From positions 99-64,098 of the forward strand of contig QGNO01000006.1 of NCBI GenBank assembly GCA_003228195.2: 64,000 nt of DNA, written 5' to 3'. Below are positions 20,906-30,300 of this stretch, in pieces. The stretch comes from Chloroflexota bacterium. Lineage in GTDB: Bacteria > Chloroflexota > Dehalococcoidia > Lucifugimonadales > QGNO01. Position 1 is the first letter of the stretch; each line of letters begins with the position of its first letter. The notes under the pieces were generated by a model, which searched no databases, was not told the DNA's origin, and worked only from the letters and a program-made list of their open reading frames with translations. Made by a program: the position numbers and the translations under genes.

Positions 20906-21417
20906 TTAAGGTTAATCCTCTCCACAGCAACTAACGAGGCTTCATTAAGATTTTGAACATGGCACAATGCCACAGCTAAAGCATCGGCTGCATCCTCTGG
21001 GATGCCTTCCGAATCAATGTCGAGTTGCAATGCTATTGCCTGTTGTACCTGATATTTGCTGGCGTGCCCGTAACCGCTTACTGCTAACTTGACCTGAGAA
21101 GGTGAGTAGCTTGAAATAGGTAATCCTTCTTCAGCAGCGGCCATCAAAGTCAAGCCTTGTGCCTGTCCAATCGCCATAGCTGCTCTAGCGTTGATTGATA
21201 CAAAGGGAGTCTCCACTGCCACTTCATCAGGACGTAAATCTCCGATAAGACTTAACATTTGCGAATACAGCTGATGTAACCTTGGCCCCAACAATCGCCC
21301 CCTAGTCGCTTTCAACACACCCCAATTTTCTGCAACGCAAGATCCGCCTTTACCCTGCCTCACAAGACCATAACCCATGTTGAGTGTGCCGGGGTCTATG
21401 CCTAAAACTAACGTAAT
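20902..21417 (-). CDS. ruvC: crossover junction endodeoxyribonuclease RuvC (probable ATT start)
   Basis: RuvC body with ADALAVALCH. The conserved N-terminal LGIDPG motif (catalytic Asp) is encoded in frame upstream of the first ATG (21378), and no ATG/GTG/TTG exists between it and the upstream in-frame stop. An ATT at 21417 is preceded by GGGGGTGATCC. Confidence 0.75.
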   Translation of the reverse strand: MTLVLGIDPGTLNMGYGLVRQGKGGSCVAENWGVLKATRGRLLGPRLHQLYSQMLSLIGDLRPDEVAVETPFVSINARAAMAIGQAQGLTLMAAAEEGLPISSYSPSQVKLAVSGYGHASKYQVQQAIALQLDIDSEGIPEDAADALAVALCHVQNLNEASLVAVERINLK

Positions 21418-21440
21418 TGGATCACCCCCAGTGAAGATGT

Positions 21441-22193
21441 TTAAGAAGAACCATATGCGTTCAGCACTTCGTCTGGAAAATCGGCGTTAGTATAGACTCG
21501 CTGTATGTCATCCAGCTCCTCTAATCTGTCCATAAGCTTAAGGGTTTGTTCCGCCTGCTTGTTCTCCAACAGCTGTGTTGCCTTCGGGGTCATCGAAATT
21601 TCCGCCCGAATTATACTTGCATTGGCATCTTCAAGTGCCTTTCGCACTCTTTCAAAGAGTGGCACGGCAATTCGCACTTCTAAAGTTTCTTGCTCTTCTT
21701 CAAAGTCCTCTGCCCCAGCATCGATCGCCAGTAAGGCCAACTCCTCTGCTGTGTTACCAGGCGCCTCCAAAACCACCACCCCTATTGTCTCAAAGTTCCA
21801 AGCCACACAGCCAGGTTGTCCCATATTGCCGCCACCTTTTGAAAAAGCATGTCGGACCTCAGACACTGTCCTCGTTGCATTATCTGTTAGTGCCTCGAGT
21901 AATATTGCTGCGCCACCAGGACCATACCCTTCATATACCACCTCTTGAAGAGCATCAGCTCCACTATCGCCTAAACCGCGATTTATTGCACGCTCTATGT
22001 TATCCCCCGGCATATTGTTGTCTTTGCCTTTCTGTATAGCAAGTCGAAGACGAACGTTCATTTCAGCATCTGCGCCACCTTCCCTCGAAGCTATTACTAT
22101 TTCACGAGCCAACTTCGTGAAAAGTTGCCCGCGCTTAACGTCATTGACGCCTTTGGCACGTTTTATTGTGGACCATTTAGAGTGACCTGACAT
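21441..22193 (-). CDS. YebC/PmpR family DNA-binding transcriptional regulator
   Basis: MSGHSKWSTIKRAKG N-terminus is diagnostic; 250 aa. Confidence 0.93.
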   Translation of the reverse strand: MSGHSKWSTIKRAKGVNDVKRGQLFTKLAREIVIASREGGADAEMNVRLRLAIQKGKDNNMPGDNIERAINRGLGDSGADALQEVVYEGYGPGGAAILLEALTDNATRTVSEVRHAFSKGGGNMGQPGCVAWNFETIGVVVLEAPGNTAEELALLAIDAGAEDFEEEQETLEVRIAVPLFERVRKALEDANASIIRAEISMTPKATQLLENKQAEQTLKLMDRLEELDDIQRVYTNADFPDEVLNAYGSS

Positions 22194-22345
22194 TGTACTT
22201 CCGTTTCAAAAGCCCTGGTTATATATGGTCGATTCTACCATCGATCCAAAATACGGGTCAAAACAGCCTCCTCTTTGCTCAAAAAAGTCATCTCTATTAG
22301 TCCCGTAAAGAGACACCTAATTAAGAACTAAGGCACAACACACAT

Positions 22346-22843
22346 TTAACACCATTGGTCTCTTTCCAAGGCTAGTTTATTTACTGTTCGCAATACGACT
22401 GCGGTAGAGAAGCCCCTTCTCTGGAGATATCCAGTCAGGCGGCTAACAACTTTTTGTCTTGGCACTCCGTTTAAGGCCCTCACATGCTTCAAGCCAGCAC
22501 TATACGCATTCGAGTCATCGTCTACGTCAGCAGTTACGAGAAGTACCAACTCATTTTCAATGCCCTTCTTACGCAACTCACTCCTAATAAGACTCCCGCT
22601 CCTTGGCTTGTTTTTGCCCCTGCCCTCTGTCCAATCTTTCGCAAACTGCAAATCATCCAGATACCCAACCTTAATCAAACGCCTAATTACGCCTTCAATA
22701 GCTCGCTTAGAGAATCGCTTACCCAAGCGTTGTTCCATCTCAAGTCGGGTCCTCTTCCGATAAGAAAGTAGATTTAGCGCGGACTTATACGCCAACTCAG
22801 GATCTTCTATAACATCTCGTCGAGTCAGGTTTTGCGAACGCAC
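22346..22843 (-). CDS. recX: recombination regulator RecX
   Basis: 165 aa with RecX-like helical repeats (ALNLLSYRKRTRLEMEQRL), directly downstream of recA. Confidence 0.8.
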   Translation of the reverse strand: MRSQNLTRRDVIEDPELAYKSALNLLSYRKRTRLEMEQRLGKRFSKRAIEGVIRRLIKVGYLDDLQFAKDWTEGRGKNKPRSGSLIRSELRKKGIENELVLLVTADVDDDSNAYSAGLKHVRALNGVPRQKVVSRLTGYLQRRGFSTAVVLRTVNKLALERDQWC

Positions 22844-22846
22844 TAA

Positions 22847-23890
22847 TTACTCCGCGACTGACTTGGCGCCGACGCCTTTCGTCTGCTTTTCCACCAAAGC
22901 CGCTGCTTCAGCGGCTGCTCGAATCTCTGCGTTTAGTCTCTCCGAGAACTCCGTTTCACGAGAAAGAAAGTCCTTTGCGTTCTCTCTTCCCTGTCCCAAT
23001 CGCGTCTCTCCATAGGAATAGAAAGCTCCGCTTTTAGTCAGAATGCCGTAATCCGCTCCCAAGTCGACCAAATCTCCTTCTAGGCTAATCCCCTGACTAA
23101 ACATGATGTCAAACTCAGCAATTCTAAAAGGAGGTGCCACTTTGTTCTTTACTACCCGCGCGCGGACACGGTTCCCTGTGACAACCGTGCCCTGTTTTAT
23201 GCTATCCACACGCCTAAGGTCTATTCTGACAGAGCTATAAAACTTCAAGGCCCTCCCTCCGGGAGTGACTTCAGGGTTGCCAAACATAACCCCGACTTTC
23301 TCTCTAAGTTGATTAATAAAGATCACTGAGGTATTCGAGCGACCGATAGCCGCCGTAAGCTTACGCAAGGCCTGCGATAATAGTCTAGCCTGCAAGCCAA
23401 CATGGGTATCTCCCATATCTCCTTCAAGTTCGTTTCTAGGCACTAAAGCAGCCACGCTATCTATTACGACTACATCAACGGCGTTACTCCTCACCAAATA
23501 CTCTACTATCTCTAGCGCCTGTTCCGCGTCGTCGGGCTGTGACAAATAAAGGTTTTCGACGTTAACCCCGCAACGAGAGGCATAGCTTTTATCTAATGCG
23601 TGTTCGGCATCGATATAAGCTGCAGTTCCTCCCTGTGCCTGGGCTTGTGCAGCTATGTGATATGCCAAAGTTGTTTTCCCGGAGGATTCTGCTCCAAATA
23701 TCTCTACTACTCTACCCCTGGGAACTCCGCCGATGCCCAGTGCCAAGTCAAGTGATAAGGACCCTGTAGGGATTGCCTTAACTGAATCGTCAATTTCTAA
23801 TTCTCCCAAGCGCATTATTGCGCCCTTGCCAAAACTTTTATGAATTTGGCTTATAGCTAGGTCTAGGGCTTTCTCTCGTTCTGCTGTCAT
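22847..23890 (-). CDS. recA: recombinase RecA
   Basis: [27 protein letters not shown] and Walker [13 protein letters not shown] at 23890 has SD AAGGAGAGGAG; the track ORF begins 7 codons upstream. Confidence 0.96.
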   Translation of the reverse strand: MTAEREKALDLAISQIHKSFGKGAIMRLGELEIDDSVKAIPTGSLSLDLALGIGGVPRGRVVEIFGAESSGKTTLAYHIAAQAQAQGGTAAYIDAEHALDKSYASRCGVNVENLYLSQPDDAEQALEIVEYLVRSNAVDVVVIDSVAALVPRNELEGDMGDTHVGLQARLLSQALRKLTAAIGRSNTSVIFINQLREKVGVMFGNPEVTPGGRALKFYSSVRIDLRRVDSIKQGTVVTGNRVRARVVKNKVAPPFRIAEFDIMFSQGISLEGDLVDLGADYGILTKSGAFYSYGETRLGQGRENAKDFLSRETEFSERLNAEIRAAAEAAALVEKQTKGVGAKSVAE

Positions 23891-23913
23891 GGCTCCTCTC
23901 CTTTGCTGCATTA

Positions 23914-23929
23914 TAGAACGGTTGTTCTA
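23914..23929. promoter_or_regulatory. LexA (Cheo-type) SOS box candidate
   Basis: Perfect palindrome TAGAAC-GGTT-GTTCTA (GAAC-N4-GTTC), about 25 nt upstream of the recA start. Confidence 0.6.
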
Positions 23930-24024
23930 TTCGGGTCAACATTAGCATATGCATTCCTTATGCATTAAGTAGTGTCTGTTAATTTCAGAAACAAACCTAC
24001 GTTTGGACTAGAGTAACATGTCGC

Positions 24025-25782
24025 CTAATAATGTTTGTACCGATTTACGATCGGCATTCGTCTATCGCGACCAAAGTTACGGTGCGTTATTTTTATTCCA
24101 GGAGATGCCTGTCTCCTCTTATATTCACTTCTGTCAACTAAACGTATAACTTCTTTAACCACTGAGCTATCGTATCCCAATTGTAAGATTTCATCATACG
24201 TTTTATCGTCCTCGACATATGCTTTCAGTATCGGATCCAGAGCCTCATAAGATGGCAACGTGTCATCATCCCTCTGGTTGGGCCTTAGCTCAGCACTAGG
24301 CGCCTTTGCGATAATGGCTTCTGGAATAAGGCTATACCCACTAATTCTGTTTACATGAACTGCCAAGTCGTATACGAGGGTCTTAGGAACATCCTTAATG
24401 ACCCCAAAGCCTCCTACCATATCCCCATAAAGAGTACTATAGCCAGTTGCAATCTCACTTTTGTTGCCAGTAGTTAAAACCAACCAGCCATATGCATTGG
24501 ACAAAGCCATCAATATGTTTCCTCGAATTCTTGCCTGTAAGTTTTCTTCCGTGACGGGCGGACCTTCAAGGAGTGCTTTTTTTAGCATTTTTTCATACGC
24601 CGCAAATGCCTGTTCAATCGGGATCGTTAACATTTCAATGCTGAGGTTCTTTGACAGCAAGCTGCTGTCAATAACGCTTCCCTCTGATGAATAGCGAGAT
24701 GGCATCGAGACGCCTATAACGTTATCAGTGCCTAGCGCCTCGACAGCTATCGCCACCGTTATTGCCGAATCAATCCCTCCTGAAAGCCCCAACACCACTT
24801 TTTCGAAGCCACTCTTTGAAACATAGTCACGGGTCCCCAGAACTAGTGCCTTCCGAACTTGCTCGATAGGATCCAGGCGCGTCACGGTTTGGGGAGCTAG
24901 GGGAGGTAGTTTTCGGACAGTTTTATGATTGGATATGGCCACCACTGGAGCTCGCGATTCACTTGCACCTTCGGCAGTTTTCAAGCTGACCTGCTTCTCA
25001 ATATCTACCTTCCCTCTCGCGGTTGGATAGAATATTTCAGCGTCCAAATTCACCTCGAGATCCACAACCATTATCTCTTCGCTGAATTGTTTTCCTTCAA
25101 TCAGAATCTTCCCTTCCCTATCGACGACAAGGCTGCCACCGTCGAAAACCAACTCATCTTGTCCGCCCACCGTATTAGTGTAGGAGATATTCACGCCATT
25201 ATCGACTGCACGCCGGATCAACATTTCAATTCGCTCTTGGCCTTTTCCTGCATGAAACGGGGAACCATTGATATTCACTATAATCTCGGCTCCTGCCATT
25301 GCCTGATGGTACACTGGGCCATCTTCGTACCAAATATCTTCACAAATATTAACGCCCACTTTAACCCCGTCTATTATATAAACTGGGCTCTCATCGCCCG
25401 GGTCAAAATATCTCTTCTCATCAAAGACCCCATAGTTAGGCAAAAACATTTTGTGATAGACGTGAACCAATTGCCCAGAGTGGGCTATGGCTGCGGCGTT
25501 ATAGGTTCTCCCTTCCTTCCTGTTCGCAAAGCCTACCACCGACGTGATTCCAACGCTCTCTCTCACCACGTCATCAAGATATCGGATGTTGTCCTCTATG
25601 AACTGGGGTTTAAGAAGTAGGTCCTCTGGCGGATATCCTGGAATCGCCAGCTCAGTGAACGCTATCAGGTTAGCCTTTACATTTTTTGCTTGTTGAATCG
25701 AATCGATGATCTTAGCCGTGTTGCCCGACAAGTCTCCTACCGTTAGATTAAGCTGAGCCATAGCCAATCGGAAAGTACTCAT
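24025..25782 (-). CDS. nadE: glutamine-dependent NAD+ synthetase
   Basis: N-terminal CN-hydrolase domain (FTELAIPGYPPEDL) fused to an NAD synthetase domain (GLSGGIDSA); 585 aa. Confidence 0.92.
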   Translation of the reverse strand: MSTFRLAMAQLNLTVGDLSGNTAKIIDSIQQAKNVKANLIAFTELAIPGYPPEDLLLKPQFIEDNIRYLDDVVRESVGITSVVGFANRKEGRTYNAAAIAHSGQLVHVYHKMFLPNYGVFDEKRYFDPGDESPVYIIDGVKVGVNICEDIWYEDGPVYHQAMAGAEIIVNINGSPFHAGKGQERIEMLIRRAVDNGVNISYTNTVGGQDELVFDGGSLVVDREGKILIEGKQFSEEIMVVDLEVNLDAEIFYPTARGKVDIEKQVSLKTAEGASESRAPVVAISNHKTVRKLPPLAPQTVTRLDPIEQVRKALVLGTRDYVSKSGFEKVVLGLSGGIDSAITVAIAVEALGTDNVIGVSMPSRYSSEGSVIDSSLLSKNLSIEMLTIPIEQAFAAYEKMLKKALLEGPPVTEENLQARIRGNILMALSNAYGWLVLTTGNKSEIATGYSTLYGDMVGGFGVIKDVPKTLVYDLAVHVNRISGYSLIPEAIIAKAPSAELRPNQRDDDTLPSYEALDPILKAYVEDDKTYDEILQLGYDSSVVKEVIRLVDRSEYKRRQASPGIKITHRNFGRDRRMPIVNRYKHY

Positions 25783-25884
25783 GGTTGAATTCTAAGGGCG
25801 TACAAAACGTACGTCCAGCTAAACCTAGACAAAGGGCTCCTGATTTGCATACTGCACCTCTTTCCGCTCCAAATCAAATCCCTG

Positions 25885-27363
25885 TTACATCGAAATTGTC
25901 TTCGCCAAAGCGCCCGGGAGGCTTCGAGGCAACGCGGTTGATCCCATTAGATATGTATCTATATGATGGGCCGCCTCTCTTCCTTCAGCGATGGCCCAAA
26001 CTACAAGCGATTGCCCCCTCCTAATATCACCTGCAGCAAAAATACCTGTAATGCTTGTCATATGCTGATCATCTGTGGGCACATTGCCCATAGGGTCGTA
26101 AGAAAGACCCAGTTCGTCTAGTAGCCCTACATGCTCTGGTGATACAAATCCAAGGGCTAGCAAGACTAAGTCGACTTTCATCTCAAATTCGCTTCCTGTT
26201 TTCTCTTGCATCACTAGCCGATCAGTGCCATCAGGTGTTGCCCAGTTAACCTCCACCGCTACAAGCTTCTCTAATTTACCGTTAGTGCCGAGAAAGCCCT
26301 TTGTTAGAAGGCTATACTCTCTTTTGCCACCTTCCTCATGCGCCGCGGAAGACCGAAGGACAACCGGCCAGTACGGCCAAGGCTCGTTGTCTGATCGCTG
26401 CAATGGGGGCTTTGGCAAAAGCTCATATTGGTAGATTTCCTTTGCCCCTTGACGATGTGCTGTCCCGAGACAATCCGCGCCAGTGTCTCCACCACCCAAG
26501 ATCACTACGCGCTTTCCAGTCGCGCTGATCCGCTCGCTCGCAGGTATTGTCTGGCCTGCATTTATCCTGTTCTGTTGGGTCAGGTAGTCCATTGCCAAAT
26601 AGACTCCACCCAAACCTCTCCCTGGCACCTGAAGATCTCGGGCCATAGTGGCACCGCCAGTAAGGCAAACTGCGTCGAATTGCTCCCTAAGTTGTCCAGC
26701 CGAAATGTCTACCCCAACATTTACACCTGTCTTAAAAACAATGCCCTCTTCCTGCATCAAGTTAACTTGTCGTTGAACCACTTCCTTTTCCAGCTTGAAG
26801 TCTGGTATTCCTAATGTGAGAAGCCCTCCCACGTATTCATCTCTCTCGTATACTGTAACTTGGTGTCCAGCCCGGTTCAGCTGCTGAGCCGCGGCCAATC
26901 CCGCAGGACCTGAACCCACAATTGCAACGCTTTTGCCTGTTCTTGATTCTGGCGGCATCGGCTTAATCCAGCCTTCCTGAAATCCTTTTTCCACTATGGC
27001 CTTTTCTATGTACTCAATTGTTACTGGGTCTTGATTAATATTAAGCACACAAGACTCTTCGCAAGGGGCGGGGCAAATCCTACCCGTAAATTCAGGAAAG
27101 TTGTTAGTTGCGAGAAGCATGTTGAGGGCCTGTTCCCACTTACCCCTATATACTAGATCGTTCCAATCTGGTATCAAGTTGCCAAGCGGGCACCCCGTAT
27201 GGCAAAACGGCACTGCACAATCCATGCATCTTCCAGCTTGATCTTGTGAGTTCTTGTCGGGCCACTCCCCATAGAACTCTTTCCAGCCCTTAACTCTCTT
27301 GGACGCGGGGGCTCTGGCAGGACCTCTCCTCTCCAAATGCAAGAATCCGAGCGGCTTACCCAT
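25885..27363 (-). CDS. gltD: glutamate synthase small subunit (NADPH)
   Basis: MGKPLGFLHLER N-terminus, Fe-S Cys clusters, and GSGPAGLAAA and GGGDTGADC dinucleotide folds. This start overlaps the gltB stop by 8 nt. Confidence 0.92.
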   Translation of the reverse strand: MGKPLGFLHLERRGPARAPASKRVKGWKEFYGEWPDKNSQDQAGRCMDCAVPFCHTGCPLGNLIPDWNDLVYRGKWEQALNMLLATNNFPEFTGRICPAPCEESCVLNINQDPVTIEYIEKAIVEKGFQEGWIKPMPPESRTGKSVAIVGSGPAGLAAAQQLNRAGHQVTVYERDEYVGGLLTLGIPDFKLEKEVVQRQVNLMQEEGIVFKTGVNVGVDISAGQLREQFDAVCLTGGATMARDLQVPGRGLGGVYLAMDYLTQQNRINAGQTIPASERISATGKRVVILGGGDTGADCLGTAHRQGAKEIYQYELLPKPPLQRSDNEPWPYWPVVLRSSAAHEEGGKREYSLLTKGFLGTNGKLEKLVAVEVNWATPDGTDRLVMQEKTGSEFEMKVDLVLLALGFVSPEHVGLLDELGLSYDPMGNVPTDDQHMTSITGIFAAGDIRRGQSLVVWAIAEGREAAHHIDTYLMGSTALPRSLPGALAKTISM

Positions 27364-30300
27364 GCAACACTGCCTGTATCTCTTTCGGTTGGCTAATTTG
27401 TTTTTCTTCAAGCACCTTGCTGTAGGCTATCGGCATCACTTTGACAAACTTTGGGATCATGCTTTTCCAATTTTTTATGATGTTTCGTGCTGTTTCGCTT
27501 CCAGTATGAGATGTATGCCATTGAATCATCTGTCGAAGTGCAAGTTGATCGGCTGGGTCATCTACCGATTCTAGGTCTACCATGTCCGTATTGCAGTTAT
27601 CAGAAAACCGTCCGTCTTCGTCAAGGACGAAAGCTAGCCCCCCACTCATTCCGGCAGCAAAGTTTCTCCCAGTTTGCCCAAGGACAATTATCAATCCGCC
27701 CGTCATATATTCACAACAATGGTCTCCAACTCCCTCCACAACCGCCTGGGCCGCGCTGTTACGTACGGCGAAGCGTTCTCCCGCCTGCCCACGTATAAAA
27801 GCTCTTCCGCCAGTTGCACCATACAGAGCGACATTTCCAATAATTATGTTCTCTTCCGCAACGAAGGTAGATCCTTTCTGAGGATATGCTACCAGTCGCC
27901 CTCCAGACATCCCCTTTCCAAAATAATCGTTCGCGTCCCCTTCAAGCGTTAAGGACACGCCTTTCGCCAAAAACGCCCCGAAACTCTGACCTGCCGACCC
28001 GTCAAAAGTGTAGTGTATGGTATCGTCTGGTAAACCCTCTTCTCCGTAGATCATTGCAACTCGACCACTCAGCATAGCTCCTACAGTACGATTGTGGTTT
28101 CCTATCGGAACGCTGGCCTGTATACGACCTCTTCCTTCCAACGCCTCATTTGCCAAGCGTATAAGTTCGTGATCCAAGGCTGCTTCCAAGCCGTGATTTT
28201 GTGCTTCTTTGCAATAGGTTGCTACATGTTTAGATTCCTCTGGCCGATACAACAGTTCCGTGAGGTCTATTCCCTTGGATTTCCAGTGTTCGATCGCACT
28301 CCTGCTTTCCAAGAAATCCACTCGGCCAACCATCTCATTAACTGTGCGGAATCCCATTTCAGCCATGATCTCACGAAGCTGTTGTGCAACCATGAAAAAG
28401 TAGTTAATGACAGCCTCTGGCTGCCCGGCAAACTGTTTTCGCAGGTCGGGATCTTGGGTTGCTATTCCCACAGAGCAAGCGTTCAAATGGCATTTGCGCA
28501 ACATTATGCACCCGAGAGTGACTAGGGGAGCCGTAGAGAATCCAAATTCTTCTGCTCCCAGCAAGCAGGCTATTGCCACATCTCTTCCTGTTTTTAGTTG
28601 TCCGTCTACTTGCACAACTATTCGGCCCCTTAGATCATTCTGAACCAAAACTTGCTGGGTTTCTGCGATACCCAATTCCCAAGGCAAACCAGCATGTTTA
28701 ATTGATGACTCAGGGGATGCTCCTGTGCCACCGCTATCACCACTTATAAGGACCACGTCAGCATGTCCTTTCGATACGCCAGCCGCTATAGTGCCGACTC
28801 CGACCTCCGCAACCAGCTTAACGTGAATCCTAGCTGCAGGGTTGACGTTCTTCAGGTCATGAATGAGCTGCGCGAGGTCTTCAATGGAGTATATGTCATG
28901 GTGCGGAGGCGGAGATATCAACTCAACTCCCGGGGTCGTGCGCCGAACCCACCCTATATACTCGTCTACCTTATGCCCGGGTAGTTGACCTCCCTCCCCC
29001 GGCTTGGACCCTTGTGCCATTTTTATTTGCAAGTCTGAGGCATTGACTAAGTAGTTCGTCGTCACTCCGAAACGCCCTGATGCAACTTGTTTAATTGCAC
29101 TGCTTCTTGAGTCTCCATTCGAGTCCTGCGTATACCTTCGGTAGTCCTCTCCGCCCTCGCCGGTATTACTCTTTGCATCAATTCGATTCATTGCAATAGC
29201 AAGGGTTTCGTGGGCCTCTTTGCTGATAGCTCCCAAAGATATAGCGCCAGTAGCGAAACGCTTAACAATTTCACTGGATGACTCCACCTCATCCAGTGAA
29301 ATTGGTTCATCTAGCCGCTTAAAATCCAAAAGCCCTCTAAGGGTACAAAGGTTGCGCTCGTATTCATCAGCTAGATGAGCAAATCTCTTGTACGTGATAT
29401 AGTCGCCTGTCTTCGATGCGTGTTGTAACAAGGATATGGCATTTGGGTTCCACATGTGGTACTCGCCATCCCTGCGCCATTGATAAACCCCGCCAACTTC
29501 CACGTCCAGTTGTCCAGGCAGTTTCGGTTGATAGTAGGCTCTGGTATGCCGCCTTAAACTTTCTTCTTGTATAACAGCAATACCTGCCCCACCTATCCGT
29601 GATGGAGTCCACGTAAAATACCTATCTGTCAATTCTTGGCTGAGGCCAATTGCTTCAAAAATCTGTGCGCCTCTGTAGCTCTGCATGGTTGATATGCCCA
29701 TTTTTGAAGCAATTTTCTGAAGGCCTTTGTTCGTCGCCTTAATAAAGTTCTTTTGTGCACCTTTGAAATCGAGTGAGTCAGACAGTGCATATTCTTGACC
29801 TTTGGAATCTGCCAGTATCTCGAAAACCAGGTAAGGATTCACAGCTCCAGCCCCATAGCCGATAAGCAAAGCAAAGTGTTGAACTTCCCTAGGCTCGCCT
29901 GACTCGACTATTATTCCAATCTTCATCCGCAGCCCCTCCCTTATGAGATGGTGGTGCACAGCGGATGTGGCTAATAGGCTCGGAATAGGAGCTAGCTTAG
30001 GTCCTGAGCCCCTGTCTGACAAAACTATTATTGTATTTCCTTCTTTTACTGCGCTTGTAGCTGCTTTCAGTAGCAAATCGAGCGCCTTTTGCATAGCCTC
30101 AGAACCACACTCAGGATCAAAAAGCATAGAAAGTGTCTTAGCTTTGAGAGTCGGCGCTGTGTTTTGTCTGATTTTTTCAAGTTCCTCGTTTGTTATGACT
30201 GGATGGGGCAGTTTTAGTTGGCTAGCTTGGTAGGCTGTTTCCTCAAGCAAGTTTCCCTCAGACCCCAACCACATCTCTAAAGAAGTGACCATCTCCTCTC

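Noticed and set aside
24925-25620. 231-aa plus-strand ORF inside nadE. The same applies to 52458-53168 inside hflK, 21505-22039 inside yebC, 36005-37000 inside cysM, and 27487-31805 inside gltB.
   Set aside because: All are antisense shadows of confidently identified genes. None has an SD or family resemblance.
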